Shown in pieces: positions 1 to 8,981 of a stretch of 64,000 nucleotides of DNA. The position numbers and the translations under genes are program-made. Origin of the DNA: Leptonemataceae bacterium. GTDB taxonomy: Bacteria; Spirochaetota; Leptospiria; Leptospirales; Leptonemataceae. The DNA lies in contig OZ245742.1 of assembly GCA_965227295.1 (NCBI GenBank), forward strand, positions 3,808,001-3,872,000. Direction: 5' to 3'. Within the stretch, counting starts at the first letter, position 1; every line of letters begins with the position of its first letter. The notes beneath the pieces were generated by a model that made no database searches, was not told the origin of the DNA, and saw only the letters and a list, made by a program, of their open reading frames with translations.

Positions 1-873
1 CCGTTCCCGGGCGCGGACGTGTGTGAGGATCGGATGCATGCTCGTAAGATCGGGCGGGAGGATGAACATGTAGGCGCGTTTCTCGCGGCTCTGAATATGA
101 TTGTGGACGTAGATCTGATTTTCCGCGGACACCGTGCGATCGTTGGCGGCGATGATGGAACAGTACGGCACCGAGATGCGGCCCAGGCCGCGGCGGATAC
201 CACCGAGGGCTGTCTTCAGGCTGTGCAGCGCATGCATGGAAACCTCGCCGCCGTAACCGACCCACGGCATCAGCTTTTCGGCGGTCCGCGGGCGGTTGAT
301 GTCCAGCTTCACGATGGGCTGGACAATTTTCAGGATGCCTGACAGCGCCGTGGCCGGCTGATGCATGATGAATCTTCCATTAAAGAAGCCGTTGAAGAAG
401 ACCGGTGAGGCGATCGTAATGATGCCGGTGGGACGAAACGTATCCGCGTTCTTCGCGGCGACTTTGAGACAAATCGTCCCGCCCATGGAGAAACCCACGA
501 GGAAGAGTTTGCGGTACTTCGAGCGTTCCTTGAGGTAGAGCCGCTCCATGAACTCGACATAATGTTCGAAGCGGGAGTTCTGCATGTCCTCGACCCGGGT
601 GCCGTGGCCGGGCAAGAGCGGCCCGATGGCCGTGTGTCCGAGACCGTGCAGGAATTCGCCCAGGGGTTTCACGTTGAACGGACTGCCCCGGAATCCGTGG
701 CAAACCAGGAAGGCCACGCCGGAATCCCCTTCAAGGCGCCACGGCTCGGCCCCTGCCATGATGTGTTCCGGTCGCGGCGCGGGCGGCGGCGGCAGACGTT
801 TTTCGGGCAGGCCCAGGTGACCCAACAGGGCGATGCCGGCGGCAAGCAGAAGTAGCAGATAAACGAGGGTCAT
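1..873 (-). CDS. Alpha/beta-fold hydrolase (carboxylesterase/lipase) with N-terminal membrane anchor; 3' end runs off the window
   Basis: Not in the ORF track. Manual translation from ATG at 873 gives MTLVYLLLLLAAGIALLGHLG...FLVCHGFRGSP...LLPGHGT...LVGFSMGG, with the HG oxyanion motif and GxSxG nucleophile elbow; the frame is open to position 1. Confidence 0.85.
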   Translation of the reverse strand, partial: MTLVYLLLLLAAGIALLGHLGLPEKRLPPPPAPRPEHIMAGAEPWRLEGDSGVAFLVCHGFRGSPFNVKPLGEFLHGLGHTAIGPLLPGHGTRVEDMQNSRFEHYVEFMERLYLKERSKYRKLFLVGFSMGGTICLKVAAKNADTFRPTGIITIASPVFFNGFFNGRFIMHQPATALSGILKIVQPIVKLDINRPRTAEKLMPWVGYGGEVSMHALHSLKTALGGIRRGLGRISVPYCSIIAANDRTVSAENQIYVHNHIQSREKRAYMFILPPDLTSMHPILTHVRARER

Positions 874-915
874 ACGATTACGTAGAATCTCTGTAATTCC
901 ATGCGGTGAATAGGT

Positions 916-957
916 AAAGGCAATTCCCGTTGTTTCGCGAAAGGCAATTCCGCTTGT
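916..957. promoter_or_regulatory. 18-bp direct repeat (24-bp period) in the divergent promoter region; candidate operator
   Basis: AAAGGCAATTCCCGTTGT (916-933) and AAAGGCAATTCCGCTTGT (940-957), 16/18 identical, 30 bp upstream of the RHH gene. Confidence 0.45.
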
Positions 958-987
958 AGACGGAGATCGCCTGGGCGAAACGATCGT

Positions 988-1197
988 ATGGCCGAGTATA
1001 CCCGTCGCCTGCAAATCTTACTCAGCGAGGAGCAGCATGATTTTCTTCAGCAGCTCTCCGAACGCCGTCGCACCTCCGTTGGCGAGTTGGTCCGTCGTGC
1101 GGTGGAAGAGGTCTATCGGCCAGCGTCGAGCCTCAGCGAGCTTCAGGCCATCGACCGGTTGCGCAGGCGCTCTTTTATGGAAGAGAGTACATCTTGA
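988..1197 (+). CDS. Ribbon-helix-helix (CopG/VapB-like) protein, putative antitoxin
   Basis: RRLQILLSEEQHDFLQQLSERRRTSVGELVRRAVEE fits the beta-alpha-alpha RHH pattern; overlaps the next ORF by 4 nt. Confidence 0.8.
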   Translation: MAEYTRRLQILLSEEQHDFLQQLSERRRTSVGELVRRAVEEVYRPASSLSELQAIDRLRRRSFMEESTS

Positions 1198-1604
1198 AGC
1201 TTTATCTGGACGACAGTGCGCTGCTGCTGCTGGCCTCGGACGACCCGCGGCGGGAAATTCTGCTGGATCGTCTGGCGGGATGCGTGCGGGAGCAGGGAAC
1301 GGCGATTTTCACGGGCGTGCCGGCCCTGGCGAGCGTTCAGAGTCGCTTCCTGACCGGGGAATCCGGCCCCGTGCGACTGAGAGAGTTCTGGAATGCGCTA
1401 AACGGCCTGTTCAAGGAGATCCTGGCCCTCCGCGGAGAGGACCTGGGCCAGGCCCTGGATCTCATGGAAGCCCACGCCGTTGGCGAAACCTGCGCGATCC
1501 ATGCCGCGCTCATGGACTCCCACGGCATCGAATACGCCGTGACCGTCGCCGATCGGCGACCGGGCTACAAACGTGTGCCTGGAATAAAAGCGTTTGAATT
1601 TTAG
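1194..1604 (+). CDS. PIN-domain (VapC-like) protein with degenerate active site
   Basis: 136 aa, N-terminal LYLDDS, xAIHAA helix, TVAD and C-terminal YKRVPGIK typical of VapC; TTG start coupled to the RHH gene. Confidence 0.7.
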   Translation: MKLYLDDSALLLLASDDPRREILLDRLAGCVREQGTAIFTGVPALASVQSRFLTGESGPVRLREFWNALNGLFKEILALRGEDLGQALDLMEAHAVGETCAIHAALMDSHGIEYAVTVADRRPGYKRVPGIKAFEF

Positions 1605-1629
1605 TCGATCCAGGCGAGGATCGGATCGT

Positions 1630-2838
1630 ATGAACGTTACGACCACGCCCCCTGCCGAAAATTCCGAAGCGAACGAAATCATCCCGCTCACCGAAGACGA
1701 GCGTACCATCCGTGATCTCACGGCGTCCATCTCGGACGGCGAATTGGCCCCCGTGGCCGACGATCTGGATCGCAGTGAAAGCTTCGGGCATGCCGTCTTT
1801 CAGAAGTTAGGCGAGGCCGGCATTCTGGGCGTTGTCCTTCCGGAAGAGTATGGCGGGGCGGGGGCGTCTTTCTTGAGCGGCGTACTGGTTATGGAAGAAC
1901 TCGCGCGGAACTGCGGCGGCACGGCCTTAAGTTTCGGTGCGCATGCCTTTATCGGAGCGTACAACATCTACAAATCTTCCAACGAAGAGCAACGTCGGCG
2001 CTATCTGCCGGACCTCTGCTCCGGTAAAAAACTCGCGGCCTGGGCGCTCACCGAACCCGGTAACGGCTCCGACGCCATGAACCTCCAGACCCGCGCCGAA
2101 AAAAAGGGCGACCGGTTTATTTTGAACGGCTCGAAGACCTTCATCACCAACGGCAGCGTCGCCGATACCTTCATGGTTTTTGCGCGCACGGGCGCCCCGG
2201 ACTCCGCGCACAAGGGCGTCTCGGCGTTTCTCGTGGAGCGGGGCTTCTCCGGATTTTCGAACGGCAAACCCATGGAAAAAATGGGCATGCGCGCGTCACC
2301 GACCACGGAACTGTTCTTCGAAGACTGCGAGGTGCCTGAAGAGAACCTGCTCGGCGAAGTCGGTCAGGGCGGGTACGCCGCACTCATGGGCCTCGACATG
2401 GAACGTACGTTGTTCTCGGGCCTGCCCATCGGTTTGATTCAGGGCGCTTTGAATATTGCCATGCAGTACTCCAGCGAACGCAAGCAGTTCGGCCAGAAGA
2501 TCGGCAACTACCAGTTGGTCCAGGCCATGGTGGCCGAGATCGGTATGAAGCTGTATGTCTGCCGGCTGCTCGCCTACGATGCCGCGCGCAAACTACAGGA
2601 CGGCAAACGCGTTACGCTGGGCGCTTCGTTCTCGAAACTGTTCGCCTCGGAAGCCTGCGTCTCCGCGACCCTCGACGCGATTCAGATCCTCGGCGGCTAC
2701 GGTTACACCCGGGAGTACGGCGTGGAGCGGTTGATGCGCGACGCCAAGTTGATCGAGATCGGCGGGGGAACTTCGCAAATTCAGAAATTGATCATTGCTC
2801 GCGAAATGTACAAGCAGGCGGGGCTCGATCTTACGTGA
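1630..2838 (+). CDS. Acyl-CoA dehydrogenase (isovaleryl-CoA dehydrogenase-like)
   Basis: ALTEPGNGSD, LNGSKTFITNG, RKQFG, QILGGYGY, RDAKLIEIGGGTSQIQ motifs; ATG at 1630 preferred over TTG at 1594. Confidence 0.92.
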   Translation: MNVTTTPPAENSEANEIIPLTEDERTIRDLTASISDGELAPVADDLDRSESFGHAVFQKLGEAGILGVVLPEEYGGAGASFLSGVLVMEELARNCGGTALSFGAHAFIGAYNIYKSSNEEQRRRYLPDLCSGKKLAAWALTEPGNGSDAMNLQTRAEKKGDRFILNGSKTFITNGSVADTFMVFARTGAPDSAHKGVSAFLVERGFSGFSNGKPMEKMGMRASPTTELFFEDCEVPEENLLGEVGQGGYAALMGLDMERTLFSGLPIGLIQGALNIAMQYSSERKQFGQKIGNYQLVQAMVAEIGMKLYVCRLLAYDAARKLQDGKRVTLGASFSKLFASEACVSATLDAIQILGGYGYTREYGVERLMRDAKLIEIGGGTSQIQKLIIAREMYKQAGLDLT

Positions 2839-4388
2839 GTCCGGAACGTCTGGAACGCCTGCGGGCGGCGAAAGCAAAGGCACGCGAGATGGGCGGCGAG
2901 AAGGCCGTCGAAAAACACCGCGACCGCGGTCGCCGGAACGTGCGCGAACGATTGGAGTTGCTCTTCGATGCCGGCTCGTTTCTTGAGATCGGCCTGCACG
3001 CGGACCATGCCGGGGTGTCGCGGGACTTAAAAGACCGCAGTGCTCCGGCGGACGGTGTCGTGACCGGCTGGGGCAAGATCGACGGCCGCGATTGTTTCGT
3101 AATTGCGTACGACTTTACCGTACTCGCGGGGACCATGGGGCGTACCGGTGAGGCCAAGTGCGCGCGCATTCGTGACCTGGCGTTACGCGAAAAACGGCCG
3201 ATCGTGTGGCTCGTGGATTCCGGCGGGGCGCGGGTCCAGGAACTGGGTGGATCATTTTTTGCGACGACGGGTTATCTTTTCCGGGAGCAGGTTACTTTGT
3301 CCGGTGTGGTACCGCAGTTAAGCGTCGTCCTCGGTCCTGGGGCGGCAGGTACGGCGTACATTCCGGCGCTGAGCGATTGTGTGATTATTGTCCGCGGGCA
3401 GGGTACGCTGGCGCTCGGCGGACCGCCGCTTGTGAAGGCCGTGTTGAACGAAACGGTCAGCGAAGAAGATCTCGGCGGCGCGGAAGTCCATCTTACGCGC
3501 TCCGGCGTGGCCCACATCGGTGCCGATGACGATGCCCACGCCATGCAACTCGCGCGGCAGTATCTTTCGTTTTTTCCGGCGCACTGTGAAGAAGCGCCGC
3601 CGGTGAAAGCGGGGGACCGGGCGGTGGAGCCCGGCGACGAACTCGTTCAACTCGTGCCGGATGATCCGGCGACACCGTTCGACATGCAGAAGCTGATCGA
3701 TCTCATTGTCGACGACGCGCAGGAGTGTTTGGGCTACATGACCGACTTCGGTCCGTCGTTGATCACGTGTTTCGCGCGAGTCGCCGGCCGGCCGGTGGGA
3801 ATCGTGGCGAATCAGAGTTTGCATCTGGGCGGCGTGCTGGAAAACGATTCGTCGGTGAAGGCGGCGCGATTCATCAGCCTGTGTGATGCCTTCGGCATTG
3901 CGCTGGTCTTTTTGCAAGACGTGCCGGGTTTTCTCGTGGGCAGTCGCGTGGAGCGGAGCGGAATCATCCGCCACGGTGCGAAGATGTTGTTCGCCGTGAG
4001 CCGGGCCACGGTGCCGAAGCTCACGTTCGTCGTTCGCAAGGCCTACGGTGCCGGGTACTTCGTAATGTGCGGCCGGGCCTACGAACCGGACTACATTGCC
4101 GCGTGGCCGACGGCGGAGATTGCGTTGATGGGCGCCGGGGGTGCGGTGAACATCATGTACGGGAACAAACTCGCCGAACTGCCGGCAGATCAGGCCGCGG
4201 CGAAACGCAAAGAACTCGAAGACGCCTATCGCAGCGAGGTCAGCCCCGAACGCGCGGCCGCGCTCTTCGGCGTGGACGACGTCATCGATCCGCGGGATAC
4301 GCCGGGGATCATTGCGCGCGTATTGGAGTTGAGTGCCGGCAAGGAAGTGTTAAGGCCGCGGCGGAAGCACGGGATTTTTCCGGTGTGA
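2835..4388 (+). CDS. Acyl-CoA carboxylase carboxyltransferase (beta) subunit, MccB/PccB family
   Basis: DSGGARVQE, LGGPPLVK, DVPGFLVG, RKAYGAG, DDVIDPRDT, RKHGIFPV motifs. Confidence 0.92.
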   Translation: MSPERLERLRAAKAKAREMGGEKAVEKHRDRGRRNVRERLELLFDAGSFLEIGLHADHAGVSRDLKDRSAPADGVVTGWGKIDGRDCFVIAYDFTVLAGTMGRTGEAKCARIRDLALREKRPIVWLVDSGGARVQELGGSFFATTGYLFREQVTLSGVVPQLSVVLGPGAAGTAYIPALSDCVIIVRGQGTLALGGPPLVKAVLNETVSEEDLGGAEVHLTRSGVAHIGADDDAHAMQLARQYLSFFPAHCEEAPPVKAGDRAVEPGDELVQLVPDDPATPFDMQKLIDLIVDDAQECLGYMTDFGPSLITCFARVAGRPVGIVANQSLHLGGVLENDSSVKAARFISLCDAFGIALVFLQDVPGFLVGSRVERSGIIRHGAKMLFAVSRATVPKLTFVVRKAYGAGYFVMCGRAYEPDYIAAWPTAEIALMGAGGAVNIMYGNKLAELPADQAAAKRKELEDAYRSEVSPERAAALFGVDDVIDPRDTPGIIARVLELSAGKEVLRPRRKHGIFPV

Positions 4389-4402
4389 CCGTGGTCCCTC
4401 CA

Positions 4403-4430
4403 GCCACAGAGGCACAGAGGGCACAGAGAG
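4403..4430 (+). repeat. Short (CACAGAG)x3 tandem motif
   Basis: GCCACAGAGGCACAGAGGGCACAGAGAG, with CACAGAG at 4405, 4413 and 4422. Confidence 0.7.
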
Positions 4431-4483
4431 TTTTCGTTGGTGTGCGGTTTGCGGTTGGACGGTTGCGCCTGGATTTGATAGGG

Positions 4484-5345
4484 TCGCAAACCAACGTCCG
4501 GGTCGAGGCGGACAATCTTAGCAAAACGAAACTCCACAACGCCCGCTCAGCCGTAGCAAAAGAAGGCCCTTCACCATTGTGCGACTTACTTCATGTTTCT
4601 CACTACAACCGTTACGAACTGTAGCTCTTGAACTACCGGAAACGTACTATTCGTTCGAATACGCGCCGAATCGTGGCGTAAGTGGCGGCCAGTGTACATT
4701 AAGCCTTTTTGGGTGCAGCTGGTTCCAGGCGACCACGGAGGTTATGCCGGGGGACGTGGTAAGGCGCACCGGAACGGCGTCTTCGTAGCAAGAAACGTCG
4801 CGATTGCTGAGTCGCACAACCAGCGTCCGGGTCGAGCGCAGTGTTCTTAACAAAACGAAAATCCACAACTCCCGCAAAGCCGTAGCCAAAAAGGCCCTTC
4901 ACGGTTGTGCAACTTACTTTTTGTTACTTGCGGCAACCATCAGGCGACCACGGAGGTCATGCCGGGGAATGTGGTACGGCGCACCGGAGCGGCGTCTTCG
5001 TCGCAAGAAACGTCGCGATAGCCGAAGCGCACAACCAGCGTCCGGGTCGAACTCAGTGTTCTTAACAAAACGAAAATCCACAACTCCCGCAAAGCTGTAG
5101 CCATAAAAACCCCTTCACCATTGCGCACCTTACCCTGGGTGTCTCACGGCAAGCTCTGAGAACCGCGGCTCTTGAGCTACGGAAAACGCGCATGTTGTTC
5201 GCAGACGCCTCTGCTTGTGAGCTAAGTGGCGGTCAGTTTATATTAAGCTCTATGAGGGTACGGCTGGTTCCAGGCGACCACGGAGGTTATGCGGGGGAAA
5301 TGTGGGGTGCGGACCGGAACGGCGTCTTCGCCGCAAGATACGCGA
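4484..5345. repeat. Degenerate tandem array with ~330-bp unit (about 2.7 copies, middle copy internally deleted)
   Basis: CAGGCGACCACGGAGG at 4726, 4941 and 5271; CAAAACGAAA at 4522, 4851 and 5066; TAAGTGGCGG.CAGT.TA.ATTAAGC near 4679 and 5223. Confidence 0.9.
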
Positions 5346-5355
5346 CGTCCCCGGC

Positions 5356-5625
5356 TCAGTCCTTGACTTCGCAGAGGATGGTGTAGTTCGCCGCGTCGCA
5401 GCTGGCGGTGGTGCCGCTGACCTTGCAGCCGCACGCTTCGGCCTGCTTGCGTTTGCCCCAGGTGTCCTTGCCTTCGAACTTCACGTAGGTGTGCTCTTTC
5501 TGCCCCTGGCAGATGTAGCAGCCGCCGGACTCGGCGACGGCGGGGGTGGCAGTTCCGAGGAAAAAGAGGGCGGTCGCGCCCGCGATGGCCGCCGTTAGAA
5601 AAGCGGTCATGAATCGATGTTTCAT
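5356..5625 (-). CDS. Small exported Cys-rich protein (89 aa)
   Basis: MKHRFMTAFLTAAIAGATALFFLGTATPAVA signal peptide (AVA cleavage site); mature part has 6 Cys (CYIC, ACGC, C, C). Confidence 0.75.
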   Translation of the reverse strand: MKHRFMTAFLTAAIAGATALFFLGTATPAVAESGGCYICQGQKEHTYVKFEGKDTWGKRKQAEACGCKVSGTTASCDAANYTILCEVKD

Positions 5626-5757
5626 GGTATCCAATTTGAGGGGCATACGCGAGTTCTGTCCAGTCCCTTTCCCGGCGCATAGCAATGTGATGCGCTGAAT
5701 ATGGAAGAATCATTGACGGAGCCGGTTTGCTCGAAAATCTGGCTCGAAACCCATGGA

Positions 5758-6003
5758 ATGGTAAAATATTCCATAAGTTTTGTACTGGCGGTGCTCGTTC
5801 TGGGCCTGCTGATCGGCGCGGTGGCCGGCTCGTTGCTGGAGCGAATCTTCGGACTCGGCTTCCTGAATCTGGGCCTCTTCACCGACCCGGTCACGCTGAT
5901 CCGGGACTTCTACGTCATTACAAAGCTGGAAATTCAACTGACGTCGGGCGGCCTGCTCGGATTCGTCATTGCCGCGTATGTGTTATATCGCAACGCGCGC
6001 TAA
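5758..6003 (+). CDS. Small two-TM membrane protein (DUF4321-like)
   Basis: LVLGLLIGAVAGSLL...FLNLG...LEIQLTSGGLLGFVIAAYVLYR pattern; directly upstream of rpsB. Confidence 0.65.
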   Translation: MVKYSISFVLAVLVLGLLIGAVAGSLLERIFGLGFLNLGLFTDPVTLIRDFYVITKLEIQLTSGGLLGFVIAAYVLYRNAR

Positions 6004-6052
6004 AGACGGACCTCCGAACGCAACCGGCGCAGACATTTAAGCAGGAACATAC

Positions 6053-6961
6053 ATGTCCACGATTTCAATGAAGAACCTCCTGGAGGCCGGCGTTCACTTC
6101 GGTCACCAGACACGCAAATGGAACCCGAAGATGGCCCCGTTCATCTTCACCGCCCGCAACGGCATCCACATCATCGACCTCCAAAAAACCGTGCAGATGG
6201 CCAAAGTGGCCTATGTGGCTCTGCGCGAGTTTACGCACCGCGGCGAAAAAGTACTCTTCGTCGGCACCAAGAAACAGGCCCGCAGCGCCATCGAACGCGA
6301 GGCGTCCCGCTGCGGCATGTACTTCATCAATAACCGCTGGCCGGGTGGTCTCCTGACCAACTGGACAACGGTGAAAAAATCCATTGGTCGTTTGCGCCGC
6401 CTTGAAGAAATGGAAGAGAGCGGTTCCTTTGATCAGGAAGCGCGCACGAAGAAAGAGGCCCTGGAACTCCAGCGCGAACTCGATAAGCTGCGCAAGAACC
6501 TGGGCGGCATCAAAGAGATGCAGAGCATCCCGGAAATCATGTTCGTCATCGATCCGAGCAAAGAAGCCATCGCGGTGAAAGAAGGCCGTAAAATGGGCTG
6601 CAAGATTTTTGCCGTCGTCGACTCGAACTGCAACCCCGACTTCGTCGATTATCCCATCCCGGGCAACGACGACGCCATCCGGGCGATTTCGCTCTTTTTG
6701 GCCACCATGGCCGATGCGGTCATTGAAGGCACCCAGGGCATCGAGTCCGGCGCGGAGTTCACCGACGACGACGCGTCCATGGATTCCGAGGATTACAGCA
6801 ACGACGACGTCCGCTACAAGGGCGAGTACGACGAGACCGGCGAGTTCATTATGGACGACTCCGCGAAAAACTCCGACAGCAGCGGGGAATCGCAGGCGCA
6901 AGAAACGACCGCCGCCGCGGCCACGACGACGACTGAAGAAAGCGAAGAGGGCAAAGAGTAA
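6053..6961 (+). CDS. rpsB: 30S ribosomal protein S2
   Basis: [39 protein letters not shown]; acidic C-terminal tail. Confidence 0.99.
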   Translation: MSTISMKNLLEAGVHFGHQTRKWNPKMAPFIFTARNGIHIIDLQKTVQMAKVAYVALREFTHRGEKVLFVGTKKQARSAIEREASRCGMYFINNRWPGGLLTNWTTVKKSIGRLRRLEEMEESGSFDQEARTKKEALELQRELDKLRKNLGGIKEMQSIPEIMFVIDPSKEAIAVKEGRKMGCKIFAVVDSNCNPDFVDYPIPGNDDAIRAISLFLATMADAVIEGTQGIESGAEFTDDDASMDSEDYSNDDVRYKGEYDETGEFIMDDSAKNSDSSGESQAQETTAAAATTTTEESEEGKE

Positions 6962-7012
6962 TCCTCTAACTTCTACCGAATCACTACTACTGGAGAAACA
7001 CAGGCATATCCG

Positions 7013-7606
7013 ATGGCAGACGTATCCACCGACGATATCAAGAAATTACGCGAGATGAGCGGCGCAGGCATGATGGACTGCAAAAAGGCCCTCGCCGAAA
7101 CGAACGGCGACATCGAGAAAGCGGCTGAAAACCTGCGCAAGAAAGGCCTGGCAAAGGCCGCCAAACGCATGGATCGGGACACGGCAGTCGGCCGGGTGTT
7201 CTCGTACATCCACGCCGGCGGCTCGATCGGCGTGCTCGTGCAACTGAATTGCGAAACCGACTTCGTCGCGAAGAACGACGAGTTCGAAGTGCTCGGCCGG
7301 GACATCGCCATGCACATCGCGGCGGCGAATCCCCTGGCGATCACTCCGGAGGAGATCTCGCAAGAAGATAAGGATCGCGAGGAGTCCGTGTTTCGCGAGC
7401 AGCTCAAGAAAGAAGGCAAGGACGACGCCACCATCGAGAAGATCATTCCGGGCAAAATGAAGAAGTTCTACTCGGAAGTGGCGTTGCTCGAACAACCGAA
7501 CATCAAAGAGCCGAAGCAGACCATCCAGGAATTGCTGAAGCAGTACATCTCGAAGTTCGGGGAGAACATTACCGTAGCGCGATTCTCGCGGTATCAGGTA
7601 GGCTGA
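7013..7606 (+). CDS. tsf: Elongation factor Ts (short form)
   Basis: IKKLREMSGAGMMDCKKAL, LNCETDFVA. Confidence 0.99.
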   Translation: MADVSTDDIKKLREMSGAGMMDCKKALAETNGDIEKAAENLRKKGLAKAAKRMDRDTAVGRVFSYIHAGGSIGVLVQLNCETDFVAKNDEFEVLGRDIAMHIAAANPLAITPEEISQEDKDREESVFREQLKKEGKDDATIEKIIPGKMKKFYSEVALLEQPNIKEPKQTIQELLKQYISKFGENITVARFSRYQVG

Positions 7607-7624
7607 GGGCCGTTCAACGAAGTC

Positions 7625-8359
7625 ATGGCGGACAGAGGCTTCCCATACCGGCGCATCTTACTGAAGCTCTCCGGCGAGGCTTTCGGAAACGCCGGCATCG
7701 ACTACAGTAAGGTGGCTATCATTGCAGAGCAGATCAAGCTCTGCAAGAAGTACGATCTCAGTGTGGCCGTGGTGATCGGCGGCGGCAACATCCTGCGCGG
7801 CCAGACCACCGCCGAACACGGCATGGAACGGACCACGGCCGACTACATGGGCATGCTGGCCACGGTGATTAACGCCCTGGCCCTGCAGGAAGCCTGCGAG
7901 AAAATCGGCCTGGTAACCCGGGTGCAGACGGCCATCGAGATGAAGAACATCGCCGAGGGCTACATTCGTCGGCGGGCCATGCGTCACTTCGAGAAGGATC
8001 GCATCGTCATCTTTGCGGCGGGCACGGGCAATCCGTACTTTACCACGGACACCACGGCAGCGCTACGCGGCGTCGAGGTGGGTTGTGAGGTGATTCTCAA
8101 GGCAACCAAGGTCGACGGCGTCTACGACTCGGATCCGAACAAAAATCCGGACGCGAAACGCTTCGATGAGATATCTTATATGGAAGCCATCCAGCGCGGG
8201 CTCAAGGTCATGGATACCACGGCGCTGACCCTGTGCATGGAAAACGATATGCCGATTATCGTTTTTGATATCTTTCGAGACGGGAATCTGGAAAAACTGC
8301 TCCAGGGGCAACGCATCGGCACTCTGGTGTCGGCGCAGAGCGACCTGGTCTACGCCTGA
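7625..8359 (+). CDS. pyrH: UMP kinase
   Basis: [39 protein letters not shown]. Confidence 0.99.
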   Translation: MADRGFPYRRILLKLSGEAFGNAGIDYSKVAIIAEQIKLCKKYDLSVAVVIGGGNILRGQTTAEHGMERTTADYMGMLATVINALALQEACEKIGLVTRVQTAIEMKNIAEGYIRRRAMRHFEKDRIVIFAAGTGNPYFTTDTTAALRGVEVGCEVILKATKVDGVYDSDPNKNPDAKRFDEISYMEAIQRGLKVMDTTALTLCMENDMPIIVFDIFRDGNLEKLLQGQRIGTLVSAQSDLVYA

Positions 8360-8395
8360 AAGCAAGGAAGCAGGCTACAAACGGAAAGTGCGCGC

Positions 8396-8965
8396 ATGGC
8401 AGACAACGACGAAAATTCCACTGAAATGATCCTGCTTGAATCCGAAGAACGGATGCAGAAGAGCATCGACTCCCTGAATCGCGATCTGGCAAACATCCGG
8501 AGCACCCGGGCCACTCCGTCCATGCTCGACCACATCACCGTGGAGTACTACGGCGCGGACACGGCGTTGAACCAGCTGGCCACCGTGAACGCACCGGAGC
8601 CGCGCATGCTCGTCATCCAGCCCTTCGATAAGGGCTCCATGGGTGACATCGAAAAGGCCATTCTCAAGAGCGATCTCGGTCTCACGCCGCAGAACGACGG
8701 GAACGTCATTCGTTTGATTCTGCCCGAGCTTTCCATGGAGCGCCGTCAGGAACTCGTGAAGCAGGTGCACAAGCGCCTGGAAGAGGCCCGGGTTTCCGTG
8801 CGCAACATTCGCCGGGACGCCAACGACGAGTTGAAAAAACTCGATGGGGTCTCCGAGGACGAGATCAAGAGCGCCCAGGACGAAGTGCAGAAACTAACCG
8901 ACGCGCACATCAAGCAGGGCGAAGAAGCCGCCGCGAAAAAGGAAGAGGGGATCCTCTCCGTCTGA
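8396..8965 (+). CDS. frr: Ribosome recycling factor
   Basis: IEKAILKSDLGLTPQNDG, VRNIRRDAND; follows pyrH. Confidence 0.98.
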   Translation: MADNDENSTEMILLESEERMQKSIDSLNRDLANIRSTRATPSMLDHITVEYYGADTALNQLATVNAPEPRMLVIQPFDKGSMGDIEKAILKSDLGLTPQNDGNVIRLILPELSMERRQELVKQVHKRLEEARVSVRNIRRDANDELKKLDGVSEDEIKSAQDEVQKLTDAHIKQGEEAAAKKEEGILSV

Positions 8966-8981
8966 GAGCCGATGTTGCACT

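Noticed and set aside
4309..5128. Short ORFs within the repeat array (e.g. 4647-4889, 4940-5128, 4804-5100)
   Set aside because: Their mutual similarity just reflects the DNA repeat; frames, starts and stops are not conserved across copies and no domain is recognisable.
4484..5345. Repeat array as a CRISPR locus
   Set aside because: Units are 215-330 bp, the sequence between the conserved 16-mers is itself homologous rather than unique spacers, and no cas genes are in the window.
6760..6961. Acidic tail of S2 (and Ala/Glu/Lys tails of L19) as extra domains
   Set aside because: Low-complexity extensions of these ribosomal proteins are common and show no domain signature.
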